Origin: a virus
IMG/VR virus record: IMGVR_UViG_3300032136_000002
Span: 38,281 to 102,280 of that record
DNA: 64,000 nucleotides
Direction: 5' to 3' (one strand)
The position numbers and the translations under genes were made by a program. Under the pieces are notes generated by a model, which was not told the origin of the DNA, did not search any database, and saw only the letters and a list, made by a program, of their open reading frames with translations. The first letter of the stretch is position 1, and each line of letters starts with the position of its first letter. Positions 9,019-18,648 of this stretch are shown one piece after another.

Positions 9019-9772
9019 GGAAGGCCTCCAGTTGCTCTCTCAACGTCTTCGTCATCCCACGCGCATACTCGAAAGCCACGAGGAGTTTGCCCACTTGGAC
9101 GTCGACGACACTTTCTTCCAGGTAGTCCTCTCGATCATACCCTTTGGAGTAGACCTCGTGAAACCGCTTGCGCACGGGCTCAGGATCGAAGACGGGAACC
9201 TTTTTCAGCGCCTTCTGCGGCGCACCGCAGGTATCGCACTCCTGGTTGTCGTCATCGGTGTCGATGTTGCCGCACCTCGTGCACCGGTACTCCGCCCGTG
9301 CTGCGTAGGGTTGAGCAAAGTGAATTGGGGGCGGCGTGTAGAACACCCCCTGCTCGAGGGAGCAGGCCGCCGCATACCGTGCAACCTCCTCTGCGAAGAA
9401 ATGCTCCTTGGCCTGGTTCATGACCTGGACACCGGCTATGAGCTGCGCCAGCGTGGGCATATCCAGCACTTTGAAATCCGGTATCTCCCCGTTAAGGCCA
9501 GAGATAGTGAGGGTGAACACCTCCCACTGGGTCCACGGGGTATTGACCAAGTGCATCGTCTTGATGGCGTTGATACGGTTACGGTTCTGCGCGCTCACCT
9601 CCACCCCAAACTCACTTTTGATCTCAGACCAGATGGTAGAGGGCTCCCAGGTCAACCACTCAGGCTTGAAAGCGTCGAGCAAGATGACATCGAGGGCCAG
9701 CGGATGCGCATTGGGATTGGTGAACATCAAACGCGTAGTGGAATCCCCTTCAGCCACCAGGGCCTCCTTCAA
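9002..9772 (-). CDS. Hypothetical protein with Zn ribbon
   Basis: CTRC...CDTC; coupled to neighbouring genes. Confidence 0.7.
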   Translation of the reverse strand: MKEALVAEGDSTTRLMFTNPNAHPLALDVILLDAFKPEWLTWEPSTIWSEIKSEFGVEVSAQNRNRINAIKTMHLVNTPWTQWEVFTLTISGLNGEIPDFKVLDMPTLAQLIAGVQVMNQAKEHFFAEEVARYAAACSLEQGVFYTPPPIHFAQPYAARAEYRCTRCGNIDTDDDNQECDTCGAPQKALKKVPVFDPEPVRKRFHEVYSKGYDREDYLEESVVDVQVGKLLVAFEYARGMTKTLREQLEAFHAKTQ

Positions 9773-9814
9773 TTTGAGGTGTCCTCTAGAGATACCTGAA
9801 GATTGAGGGAAGTG

Positions 9815-10570
9815 CTATGCGAGGACACCGGTGAGCGACTGGGAGCGCACGCCGTCACTCGAGAAGGTGATGGCTACGAGGTCACCAACGGCACGGGCAT
9901 CGGTCTCTGCGGTGAGGTCGGGCACGGTCACAGTGCAGGCCGTCTCGGTCAGAGCGGCTCCGCCGTTGGCGCCAGTGGTGTTGGCCGGCAGACACTCCAC
10001 GCCGCTGACCCAACAGGTCCACCCCTCGCCGGTCCCGCCCGTCAGCGCGGTGGCTGCGGTCACCACGGGGGTTCCCGCGCCGCCGCCGTTGCAGGTCAGA
10101 TAGCCATCCGAGTCCGCCGCGTTGGCGTTGACCGCGGTGGCTATCTGGTCGGCGGTCGAGACACCAGCCTCTACCGTAATGACAAAAGCGTTCCCAGTCT
10201 TGGCCACAGCTTCGGAACCCGCCGTTCCACCGTCCGCGATTGCGACGGTGAAGTCATTGCCCGCAGTACCAGGCTTGAGCGCTGTGAACACGAGCTCAGC
10301 GGTCCCCGTGCCAAGGGTCAAGGCCGCAAAGTCTTGACCTTGTACCATGTTTGAGCCCTTGAGCACGATGTCACCGCCGGCTGCGGCCGGGTGACCGCCA
10401 TCGACCCACTCGAGCTCGGAAAAGGTGCCGGAGCGCCCCTCGAGCACGGAGAAGCCGTTCTCGATGTCACTGCGCAGGTCCCCTATTTCACCGGGAACGC
10501 CGCCTTTGCCATTGGACACCAGATGGGGCCGCCGTGGCGCTTCCCCTCCAAAACTCTTGCTGATAGTCAT
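9815..10570 (-). CDS. Virion structural or decoration protein
   Basis: Gly/Thr/Ala-rich beta-type sequence; STADQIATAVNA module; GAGGAGG RBS. Confidence 0.6.
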   Translation of the reverse strand: MTISKSFGGEAPRRPHLVSNGKGGVPGEIGDLRSDIENGFSVLEGRSGTFSELEWVDGGHPAAAGGDIVLKGSNMVQGQDFAALTLGTGTAELVFTALKPGTAGNDFTVAIADGGTAGSEAVAKTGNAFVITVEAGVSTADQIATAVNANAADSDGYLTCNGGGAGTPVVTAATALTGGTGEGWTCWVSGVECLPANTTGANGGAALTETACTVTVPDLTAETDARAVGDLVAITFSSDGVRSQSLTGVLA

Positions 10571-10583
10571 CGTTCCTCCTCAC

Positions 10584-11795
10584 TCACGTTGTTGTCTGGG
10601 CTTGCGCCAACTGAGCGATCAAACGCTTTTGAACCAGCGGCATTGATTCAAAAATCGCCACCGGACTCTTTGTCATCTCTTTGACCATATCGTCGCCGAA
10701 GTGCTGCAAGAGCACGTCACGGTTCTTCGCCGTCAGCTCGCGCAGACTCCGCTCTTCGAGGACCATGTTACCCTCAGTCCACTTCCACTCAGCCACCTTG
10801 GCCACGCCAAAGGTAGTCTCCCATGGGTCCGGGAGCTGAGAGTCCCACAGTCGGTCGGCATGGTTCATGATGTCCAACTGCGCTAAGACCTCGGCGAAGG
10901 TGTCGGGCTCAAGAGAAGCCTTCTTTTCGAGCAACTCGTCGAGCAGCGACACGCTCTCACTCGCACCATCGCGCCATAGCCGCTTGCGCAAGTTGACAGC
11001 AACCTTGATACCCCCGATGTCACGATACCCATCAGCGCCATAGTCCGAGGCAGTCTTGGACAGAGGGTACCCAATGGCATGGGCCCGAGCCGCGAGCTTC
11101 TCGCAGAAGCTTCGTCGGGTACGCGGGTGGAGGTGACGGTAGTTCTGGTCAAAGTAATCAGCGGCCTCTTTGACCTGACGGTAACTGATCAGAGGAAACT
11201 GTCGATCCCCCTGATCAGAAATCAAGGCATACCACCCATCGTCGTACTCCTCGGCTTCTTTGACAACATCCTCTCCCGTCACGTCGATGTAGGGGTTGGA
11301 GATGGTGTCATCCACAGCCAGCTTGCGCGCTGGCGTGTAGGCCGTGATGGGCATCTGACGGCTCCCCACGAGCTCACTATTTTTCTCGTGGCGCTCACCA
11401 GGAACCACTTTGAGTTCCGCACCATCAGACTTGATTAGCGTCTTGGTGGCCAACTTGATCACCGAGAGCGGAGGCTCAATTTCGTAAGCTCGACAGGCTT
11501 TAAGCAAGTTGGCCGCCACCTTGGTCTGCGCCACCGGAGGGAGTGAGTCCTTCGTGTGGTGGAAATACGCGCAGGAGAGCAAGGCGTGACCCACGTCATG
11601 GCAAGCGAACTTACGCAGTTGCTCATCGCCGTTAACCAACACCCCGGCGAAGGCGTTATCGGGGAGACGGGCCTGCTCCTCAAGGCCCAGCATCTCCAGT
11701 GAAGCGAGCTCATCCGGCAGGGCCGCCCCTGTCTTGGTGAGCAGCGCACCGTTGTCGTCGTAGATATCGAGAACAACCCCAGCGAATTTGTTCAT
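10584..11795 (-). CDS. Head-module protein with two DUF6582-like repeats
   Basis: RLPDNAFA...RKFACHD...YF and DDGWYA...RQFPL...VKEAADYF; many KxA motifs. Confidence 0.6.
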   Translation of the reverse strand: MNKFAGVVLDIYDDNGALLTKTGAALPDELASLEMLGLEEQARLPDNAFAGVLVNGDEQLRKFACHDVGHALLSCAYFHHTKDSLPPVAQTKVAANLLKACRAYEIEPPLSVIKLATKTLIKSDGAELKVVPGERHEKNSELVGSRQMPITAYTPARKLAVDDTISNPYIDVTGEDVVKEAEEYDDGWYALISDQGDRQFPLISYRQVKEAADYFDQNYRHLHPRTRRSFCEKLAARAHAIGYPLSKTASDYGADGYRDIGGIKVAVNLRKRLWRDGASESVSLLDELLEKKASLEPDTFAEVLAQLDIMNHADRLWDSQLPDPWETTFGVAKVAEWKWTEGNMVLEERSLRELTAKNRDVLLQHFGDDMVKEMTKSPVAIFESMPLVQKRLIAQLAQAQTTT

Positions 11796-11840
11796 GCCTT
11801 CTGCTCCCTGGCAGGCGTCCTAGCTGCGGTGAATGCAGTC

Positions 11841-11869
11841 AGCTTACCACGAGACGCAAGCAAGCGAAA
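11841..11869 (-). promoter_or_regulatory. Extended -10 type promoter for the head operon
   Basis: TTTCGC-N17-TAAGCT with TGn directly before the -10. Confidence 0.35.
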
Positions 11870-11896
11870 AGTTGGACCTGCCGCAGGTACAAGAAC
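11863..11896 (+). promoter_or_regulatory. Candidate phage-specific promoter AGCGAAA-N18-TACAAGAAC
   Basis: Heads the replication operon; second copy at 4455-4489. Confidence 0.4.
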
Positions 11897-11928
11897 CCCG
11901 AAGCCAGAAACCTTAGGAGGTTAGTACC

Positions 11929-12417
11929 ATGGCTCTGATTGCAACGAAACCTGCTATGCGCTGTTTCGCCGATGTCGATACATTTGACCCGGCCAAAGAT
12001 CGGTGCGCCGCATGCCACTTCCAGGATGCATGCGAGAAACAAATCGACGAAGACAACGTTGACGAACTCGAGCAAGAGGACAGCGAAGACGAGCTGGACG
12101 GCGTCAGTCGTTTAGCTGGGAGGGCGAATCCGTTTGCCTCCGCAGTGAGCGGATTCGCTCCAGGGGTAACGCAATATCACACAGTGACTCCGACAGCACC
12201 GTATTCCCCGCCCAGTCCCAACCTCTCCTGTGAAGGCGTGTCGCCTGTAGTTCAGGTCCCACGGCAAGAGGGTGAAGAAGTCTGGGGTCGGCTGGCCAAG
12301 AACGTTGGCCTTGGTGCTTTAGCCAGGGCCCTGGTTGAAGCGAGTCTGGTCGCAGAGGACGAGCGAACGCGACCGGTGGGTCAGTGGGGCCGAGTGGATC
12401 GACCACGAAAGAAATAA
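11929..12417 (+). CDS. Hypothetical protein, N-terminal 4-Cys motif and acidic linker
   Basis: AGGAGG RBS; C-x11-C-x2-C-x5-C. Confidence 0.75.
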   Translation: MALIATKPAMRCFADVDTFDPAKDRCAACHFQDACEKQIDEDNVDELEQEDSEDELDGVSRLAGRANPFASAVSGFAPGVTQYHTVTPTAPYSPPSPNLSCEGVSPVVQVPRQEGEEVWGRLAKNVGLGALARALVEASLVAEDERTRPVGQWGRVDRPRKK

Positions 12418-12442
12418 CTAAGAGGGTGATTCATCGTCCGGG

Positions 12443-14365
12443 GTGGAGTACATATTAAGCATGACGCTTCGATTCCCCATCCTGGACGATGAAAAAGCCT
12501 ACCTTGGAACATGGTTGTTCCTGCCCAAGAAGTACATTGCGGAACAGGTCCTCCGCAGTTCATTGACACTGCCCATTGATCAAACCCGTACAATGGTCTG
12601 TTTTCAGGATCATCCCAACCACTTAGCTGTACCCCGATGCCTAATCCCGCGAGCTGAGTTGGAAACTCAGTTCCCTGTGGTGGACCTGATTCCCGCGTCT
12701 CAAGAGCACACCGTCCAGTCGGACATCACCCTCGACATGATGCGGCCCGACAGGAGCGTTCAGCATGACAGTGTTGAGGCCATGATCGAAGCCGGAGGCG
12801 GTATCCTCAACCTCAGCTGCGTAGCAGGAGACACTATCCTGGGCCTCAACCGAGGAGGCAAAGGGTTTTCCATGCCGATCTCCACGGTCTACGAGCGATT
12901 GCGTGGAGGGAGGTACGCTTGGGATACGTCGATACCTACAAAAATCCGAAGTTTGAAGGAGAACTGGGTTGGGCTGCATCGACTCGTAGATGTAGTTTGT
13001 ACCGGAGTCAAAGAAACCGTTGTGTTACGACTAACCAACGGTAAAACCGTTACCCTAACTCCAGACCACCGTGTCCTAACGTCTCAAGGGTGGGTACCTG
13101 CTGGTGAGTTACATTGCGGGGACCTTGTAGTGACCGACGCTACCGCCCCCTCATGCAAAGATTCAAAAATCGAAGACGCGCACTGCGCCCACCACACCGC
13201 CGGATACGTCGGATTCGGTTACGGCATGCCTTTTCAAGTTGAGGTTGAAAGCGTCACCCCAGGGCCTCAAACTCAGGTCTACGACGTAATCTGTGACGAC
13301 CCTCATCACAACTTCGCAGGTAACGGAATAATTCTGCACAATTGCGGAATGGGAAAAACCGTAATCGCCCTCGAGCTCGTCGCCAGGCTGAAAAAGAAAA
13401 CCCTCATCGTCGTCAAGGGTGACGGACTGATTGGGCAGTGGCGGGACCAAATTCAAGACCGCCTGAAATTCCCCACTGAGCTTGGCCTCATTCAGGGGCC
13501 GGTCAACTCTTGGAAGTGGGAGGGGTGCGCTATCACCCTTGCTTCCCTCGACACGCTCGCACGTCACCACGCCAATGTGCCTGCCGAGCTACGACGCAGC
13601 ATGGGCGTAGTGGTGTGGGACGAGTGCCACTCCGTTGCTGCGATGAGCTACAGCAAGACTGCGGCCTTGTTCCCCGGCCAGCGCTTTGGCCTCACCGCCA
13701 CAGTGCACCGGGAGGACGACATGGAGAGCGTCTTCCTCTGGCACATCGGGCCCGTCGCTTTCAGCGACCTCACTCAAGACCTCATCCCGACGGTCACCCT
13801 TCTCCCCTCACCCATCGACCTGCGGTTGAACGACCCCTACGTCTACAGGCAGGTCTGCGATAAGCGGCGAGAGCTCAGCCACACCAAGTTGATGAACTAC
13901 GTCGCCAACCTCGAACAGGAGATCAACTTCGTTGAGCGGCATCTCAGAGAAGCAGTCAACGCCGGGCGGCGCATCCTCGCCATCAGTTGGTCGAAGGACC
14001 AGCTCAACACCCTGCATAAGCGCTTCCCCCAAAGCGGCCTCATCACTGGGGACGTCAAGGGGGCCACTGCTCGACAGCGGGCTTTGTCTGACCACCAACT
14101 CACCTTCGGTATCGCCCAGCTTGCTCGAGAGGCCCTTGACGAGGCCGAGCTGGATACACTGTTCATCCTAACAGAGTACCGCTCAGCCGGTATGCTCCAG
14201 CAATCGGTTGGGCGAATTCAGAGGCTCCTCAAAGGCCGCAAGAAGAGCCCTCGCGTTGTGATCATCCAACACAACCGCGTGCAAGGCATCAGTCATCGAG
14301 CCCGCCATATGATCCGGTATTTCCGTGCCCAAGGCTTCACTGTAGAAGAGGCACCTCAACGATAG
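12443..14365 (+). CDS. Superfamily 2 DExH helicase (XPB/UvsW-like), intein-containing
   Basis: Spliced Walker A LSCGMGKT; WDECH; GLTAT; QQSVGRIQR. The start may be ATG 12461. Confidence 0.92.
   Translation: MEYILSMTLRFPILDDEKAYLGTWLFLPKKYIAEQVLRSSLTLPIDQTRTMVCFQDHPNHLAVPRCLIPRAELETQFPVVDLIPASQEHTVQSDITLDMMRPDRSVQHDSVEAMIEAGGGILNLSCVAGDTILGLNRGGKGFSMPISTVYERLRGGRYAWDTSIPTKIRSLKENWVGLHRLVDVVCTGVKETVVLRLTNGKTVTLTPDHRVLTSQGWVPAGELHCGDLVVTDATAPSCKDSKIEDAHCAHHTAGYVGFGYGMPFQVEVESVTPGPQTQVYDVICDDPHHNFAGNGIILHNCGMGKTVIALELVARLKKKTLIVVKGDGLIGQWRDQIQDRLKFPTELGLIQGPVNSWKWEGCAITLASLDTLARHHANVPAELRRSMGVVVWDECHSVAAMSYSKTAALFPGQRFGLTATVHREDDMESVFLWHIGPVAFSDLTQDLIPTVTLLPSPIDLRLNDPYVYRQVCDKRRELSHTKLMNYVANLEQEINFVERHLREAVNAGRRILAISWSKDQLNTLHKRFPQSGLITGDVKGATARQRALSDHQLTFGIAQLAREALDEAELDTLFILTEYRSAGMLQQSVGRIQRLLKGRKKSPRVVIIQHNRVQGISHRARHMIRYFRAQGFTVEEAPQR
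12818..13342 (+). mobile_element. Mini-intein (175 aa) in the helicase Walker A motif
   Basis: CVAGDT start; LTPDHRVLT block B; VYDV...HNFAGNGIILHN followed by Cys(+1); too short for an endonuclease. Confidence 0.93.
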
Positions 14366-14380
14366 CAATTAGGAGTAGTT

Positions 14381-15115
14381 ATGGATCAAACAGATGCGAG
14401 CTCCTACTTGAGTCACCTCGACTGGGAGCTCGCGTGGTGCAAATGTACGCTGTGCCCTGAACTAGCCAAGCACCGCACCTATGTCATTCCCGGTTGGGGC
14501 AACCCAAAATCCAACATCATGCTGGTCGGGGACAAGCCGGACGAAGAGGACGACGCAGCGGGTTACCCCTTTGTTGGCCGAGTAGGGAACATCCTCCGTG
14601 TGCTCCTCTACTACTACGCCGGTCTGTCCGACCATGAGTACTTCCTCGACTACGTCGTGATGTGCCGTACGGCGCGCGTGGCCGGGGGAGTGCTCAAACC
14701 CCGAGAGCCCAAAGCCGAAGAGGTCAAGAACTGCCAGGAACGGCTTCAGGGCGCCATCTACACCGTCGACCCCACCATCATCGTCGCCCTGGGCCCTCTG
14801 GCCCTGCGGGCGCTGACCGGTGAGGCCGGCGGCATCACAAAGACCCGTGGGTCAGTGTTCACTGCCAAAATCCCCGGCGTGCTCACTGAATCCATCATGT
14901 ACCCCGTACTCGCCACCTACGCCCCCAGCTACCTCGCGGTCAACACAAGCAAGCGAGAAGTAGCTAATGGGCTCTGGGACCAAATGAAAGCCGACTTGCG
15001 ACTGGCAACTCGGCTCAGCGACATAATGAACGAGAAATACTACGGAATCCCCCGGCCAGACCGGGAAGCTCTTGTCGAACAGAGGAAGGAAGAAGCCCGT
15101 GCACAAGATGAATGA
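14381..15115 (+). CDS. Family-4 uracil-DNA glycosylase-like protein with substituted catalytic motifs
   Basis: CTLC...MCR...KNC Fe-S cysteines; GYPFVGRVG; IIVALGPLA. Confidence 0.85.
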   Translation: MDQTDASSYLSHLDWELAWCKCTLCPELAKHRTYVIPGWGNPKSNIMLVGDKPDEEDDAAGYPFVGRVGNILRVLLYYYAGLSDHEYFLDYVVMCRTARVAGGVLKPREPKAEEVKNCQERLQGAIYTVDPTIIVALGPLALRALTGEAGGITKTRGSVFTAKIPGVLTESIMYPVLATYAPSYLAVNTSKREVANGLWDQMKADLRLATRLSDIMNEKYYGIPRPDREALVEQRKEEARAQDE

Positions 15116-15530
15116 AAAGCGTGTTCAGCTCGCCCAGCAGCGCTACGAAGAGACCCGGGAGGCCCGAGACACCTTCTGGGTAGAGAACGCGGAGGTACTC
15201 GAACGCTATCAAGAGCTGTGCGAGCTGAACAACATGGCGCTCAAGCGCCTTGACCAAGCTTGCAGGGAGACCAAGGTCAGTGCAGGCCCGATGAAAGTAC
15301 GCATCGCCCAACACCCGGTCTATGACGTGGACTACCTGGAGAATCTGTTCTCCACTCAGCCCGAGGTGTGCAAACAGCTCATCTCGGTGACCAAGAAAGT
15401 GAACCGGCCCTACTTTGAGAAACTGGCTAACCAAGGCTGCTTTACCGAAGAGACTCTCGGCCGCGCCATCACGCGTGTGGAGGAAAAGGTTCAGCTCATC
15501 GGAGCCCCTAAGCCTACAATTCTTCAATGA
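15108..15530 (+). CDS. Hypothetical protein
   Basis: ORF track frame; ATG overlaps the upstream gene end. Confidence 0.7.
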   Translation: MNEKRVQLAQQRYEETREARDTFWVENAEVLERYQELCELNNMALKRLDQACRETKVSAGPMKVRIAQHPVYDVDYLENLFSTQPEVCKQLISVTKKVNRPYFEKLANQGCFTEETLGRAITRVEEKVQLIGAPKPTILQ

Positions 15531-15877
15531 AAATCAAACACCACATCGAAATCACGATCAAAGGGAAGGAGCCGTTTGTCTTGCCCCAAGAGATACCGAA
15601 ATGGGTTGAAGAGCTCAAAGGTCACGTGGAGTCACTGGTTGGCGACGGGAAGGCCCAAATCTCCAGGAGCCGCCAATTTGGCTTGGCCACTGACTTTTCC
15701 CGAGTCAAAGTGTCCGGGCACTTTGGGGTTACCCTGACGTGCAATCAGGACATCGAAACGATGAAGATGGCTGCTGACCTCGCCGGCTACATCGCTGACA
15801 CCATTGTCTTTGAGGAAGACTACGAGACGATGACCAACGTTTTGAGGCACTACAATGTTGAGCAACAAGCCAAGTAA
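15527..15877 (+). CDS. Hypothetical protein
   Basis: ATGA overlap with the previous gene. Confidence 0.7.
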   Translation: MKIKHHIEITIKGKEPFVLPQEIPKWVEELKGHVESLVGDGKAQISRSRQFGLATDFSRVKVSGHFGVTLTCNQDIETMKMAADLAGYIADTIVFEEDYETMTNVLRHYNVEQQAK

Positions 15878-16178
15878 AATTCGCGGGGTAGCCTGCACCA
15901 AGATTGAGATGAACATTCACCCCGCCCACGGGGCCGCAGTCGAGGTGAGCTACGTGCTACACACTGAGGCCGGGAGAGCCGTGGCCGAGGGGAAGATGAG
16001 TGGGCCCTGGCCACAGGAAGTCGCTACTGCTGTGGACACACTCGTGAAATCAGTAGAGGGCACGATATTGAATAGTATATTTGGAGGTGAGACAAATGAA
16101 CCCGATTTTGGAGGGAGCACACACTCAGAGGGCAATCGTTCCGCTCTCTTTGGAGCTCGAGTCCCAACCCGAGATTAA
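15855..16178 (+). CDS. Hypothetical protein
   Basis: ORF track; GAGG upstream; operon context. Confidence 0.6.
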   Translation: MLSNKPSKIRGVACTKIEMNIHPAHGAAVEVSYVLHTEAGRAVAEGKMSGPWPQEVATAVDTLVKSVEGTILNSIFGGETNEPDFGGSTHSEGNRSALFGARVPTRD

Positions 16179-17190
16179 AATTCACAAGTTCGACGAAGTC
16201 TACTCCGCGGTAGACCAGCTCAACCAGCTGAACATCCCCTCCCCACCTGAAATCAGGACTCTCGCCGACCTTGAGTTTGAGGATGCTGACGTAGTCAACG
16301 CTCCCGGCATCGGCCGGCTGCGCATGACCGACTGGGCCCAGCGGCGTATCGGGAGCATGATGGGGGTGAAATGGTCCAAATTCTTCGGGCCGATGGAACC
16401 TGACGCCATCAAGACGGCCATCACGAGCCACCTCAACGGCGTGGGCGATAAAGGACAGGGTATCAAGCTGGTCAGCCGCGAGCTGATGGAGAGTGAGTCC
16501 TACAAGACCGACGGCATCCTGCGCGGCGTAGTCAGCCCTTCCTACAGTGAGTTCCGCGACGTCCACGCTCTGGACCGCCTGTACGAGGTGGCCGGCAGCA
16601 TACTCGAGGTCGAGTGGGGCTTCACCGAGGTTCACCTCCTCGACAGTGGATCTTACTTCAACCTGATCCATACCTACCCATTCCCTCTCATACCTGGATC
16701 GGGTGACACCGCTTACGTGGGCCTGCAGCTGCGCAACAGCGAAGTAGGCGCGCATTCTTGGGAAGGTATCGCTCGGGTCCTGCGCCTTGTGTGCGTCAAC
16801 GGTATGATGGTCCCCTTGTTCTCAGGCAAAGTGTTCCGGTTCATCCACAAGGGCATGCAGCTGGAACGGATTGACCAGTCAATCGAGGAAGCATTGGATC
16901 AGTGTTACCAGTCAATGGAGCAGCTGCCCCCGATGTACGGGAAGCTCTTGGACCGTCCTATCGACGAGCCCGAAGAGCACCTCCGTTCCTTCCTCGAGAG
17001 TCACAACGTCAGCTTGACCGTAAGGGATGCTGTGGTCGATGCGTACGCTACTGAAGAAATCGAAGGCGACAACGCTTACCGCGCACTGCAAGCCATCACC
17101 CGGATGAGTCCTGCTTTGCGCGACGACCCCCAACGTCAGCGTGACATTGAGATTCTGGCCGGCCAATACACAGAACACATGTTGCAGTAG
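16096..17190 (+). CDS. DUF932/DUF945-family protein
   Basis: LRGVVSPSY; LRNSEVG...LRLVCVNGM; GGAGGTG RBS before ATG 16096. Confidence 0.8.
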   Translation: MNPILEGAHTQRAIVPLSLELESQPEIKIHKFDEVYSAVDQLNQLNIPSPPEIRTLADLEFEDADVVNAPGIGRLRMTDWAQRRIGSMMGVKWSKFFGPMEPDAIKTAITSHLNGVGDKGQGIKLVSRELMESESYKTDGILRGVVSPSYSEFRDVHALDRLYEVAGSILEVEWGFTEVHLLDSGSYFNLIHTYPFPLIPGSGDTAYVGLQLRNSEVGAHSWEGIARVLRLVCVNGMMVPLFSGKVFRFIHKGMQLERIDQSIEEALDQCYQSMEQLPPMYGKLLDRPIDEPEEHLRSFLESHNVSLTVRDAVVDAYATEEIEGDNAYRALQAITRMSPALRDDPQRQRDIEILAGQYTEHMLQ

Positions 17191-17194
17191 GTCG

Positions 17195-17237
17195 AGGGGA
17201 GCGGTGGGCCCGACCTGCCGCTCCCCTTCTGTCTTCT
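17195..17237 (+). terminator. GC-rich hairpin, weak terminator or mRNA stabiliser
   Basis: AGGGGAGCGG / CCGCTCCCCT stem followed by a pyrimidine run. Confidence 0.55.
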
Positions 17238-17250
17238 GAGGAGGTGTGAT

Positions 17251-18648
17251 TTGGCGGTGCACAACGAGCTGCGGCTAATCAGCAAGGTCATTGAGACCGG
17301 AGACGTACGTCCCCTGATTCGTTCCCGCATGACACCATCGTTGTTCCGCAATCCTGAAGCCCGCGCCATGTTCGAGGAGCTGTGGCGCTACTACCACAAC
17401 CAACGCCACTACGGCGAGACCCCCAAGCGTGGGTGGATGGAGTCGAAGTTTCAGAGCTTTACCCTCTTCCCTGGCATCGACGAGTCGGTCACAGAGCTGG
17501 TCGAGTACGTTCGGCGTGACACGCTCGCCCAGCGCATCTACGAAGTGCTCACCTCAACCTATGAGCACATCCACACCGACCCCCATGAAGCCCTCAACCT
17601 GCTCTACCAGCAGGCCGGCGAGCTCAAATCCATCAGTGCCCACAAGGGCTCGAACTTCACGCTACACGAGGTGACTGAAGAAATCTGGGAGCGATACCTA
17701 GAAAAAGAACGTTTACGCCTATCTGGAGGAGTCAGTGGCATCCCATGGCCTTGGGCGCCACTGAACAAAGTAACTGGAGGACTCGAGAATGAACAGCTCA
17801 TCGTCCTTTACGGTCCTCCAAAGTCAATGAAAACCATGTTCGCCGTTCAACTCGCAGTCCATGCCTACCTGTGGAACAACCAGCGGGTCCTTCTCTACTC
17901 CGCTGAGATGCCACGAAAAGATATGCAGGACCGCATGGCGGCGTGCATCGCTGAGGTGGACTACGGTCGCATTGACCTTGGCTACCTCACCGTCGACGAA
18001 AAGGCGCGCTACAAGGATGCTCTCGACTTCATCCGCGACGAGGCCCTGGCCAACCCGTCCGGCCGAGGACCTATGCTCCACTACGCTTCGGACCACGAAG
18101 CAGACGTGCGAGGCAACGTAGCCCTCATCCGGTCCCTGGCCGAAGAGCTCGAAGCCGACCTGGTCATCGTCGACTCCTTCTATCGCCTGGCTGACCGGTC
18201 AGGCCGAGTGGACCTCGACTGGAAGGTCGTCGGCAACGTCGCTCAGGATCTTAAAGCGCTGGCTAAGCACTTGGGCATTCCCGTCCTCGGCATCACTCAA
18301 GCCAACGAGGGCAAGCAGCTGGCCTTCTCAAAGGTTATCAGCATGGAGACTGACCTGGCCATGATGGTGGAGATGGCCTACGAGTGTTCAGAGTACACGG
18401 ACCTCAACCTCACCTTCACCGCGAGCCGCAAGATCAAACAGCCCGGATTTCAACTTCGAGTCCAACCCTACACCCGGTTCTCCTTCCAAGGGTGGTTGGA
18501 GTTCAAGGACGCAGAGTCAAACTACGAGGTTGACCAGGGCACCAAAGCAACCAACTTCGGCAACAAGCGGGCACCCCGTCCCAAGGGCCCGCCTCCCATC
18601 AACAACGACGCCGCGCTCATTCACGACCTGGTAACCCGAGCACACTGA
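17251..18648 (+). CDS. dnaB: DnaB-like replicative helicase
   Basis: LNKVTGGL; Walker A GPPKSMKT; YSAEM; VIVDS; LKALAKHLGIPVLGITQAN. Confidence 0.9.
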   Translation: MAVHNELRLISKVIETGDVRPLIRSRMTPSLFRNPEARAMFEELWRYYHNQRHYGETPKRGWMESKFQSFTLFPGIDESVTELVEYVRRDTLAQRIYEVLTSTYEHIHTDPHEALNLLYQQAGELKSISAHKGSNFTLHEVTEEIWERYLEKERLRLSGGVSGIPWPWAPLNKVTGGLENEQLIVLYGPPKSMKTMFAVQLAVHAYLWNNQRVLLYSAEMPRKDMQDRMAACIAEVDYGRIDLGYLTVDEKARYKDALDFIRDEALANPSGRGPMLHYASDHEADVRGNVALIRSLAEELEADLVIVDSFYRLADRSGRVDLDWKVVGNVAQDLKALAKHLGIPVLGITQANEGKQLAFSKVISMETDLAMMVEMAYECSEYTDLNLTFTASRKIKQPGFQLRVQPYTRFSFQGWLEFKDAESNYEVDQGTKATNFGNKRAPRPKGPPPINNDAALIHDLVTRAH

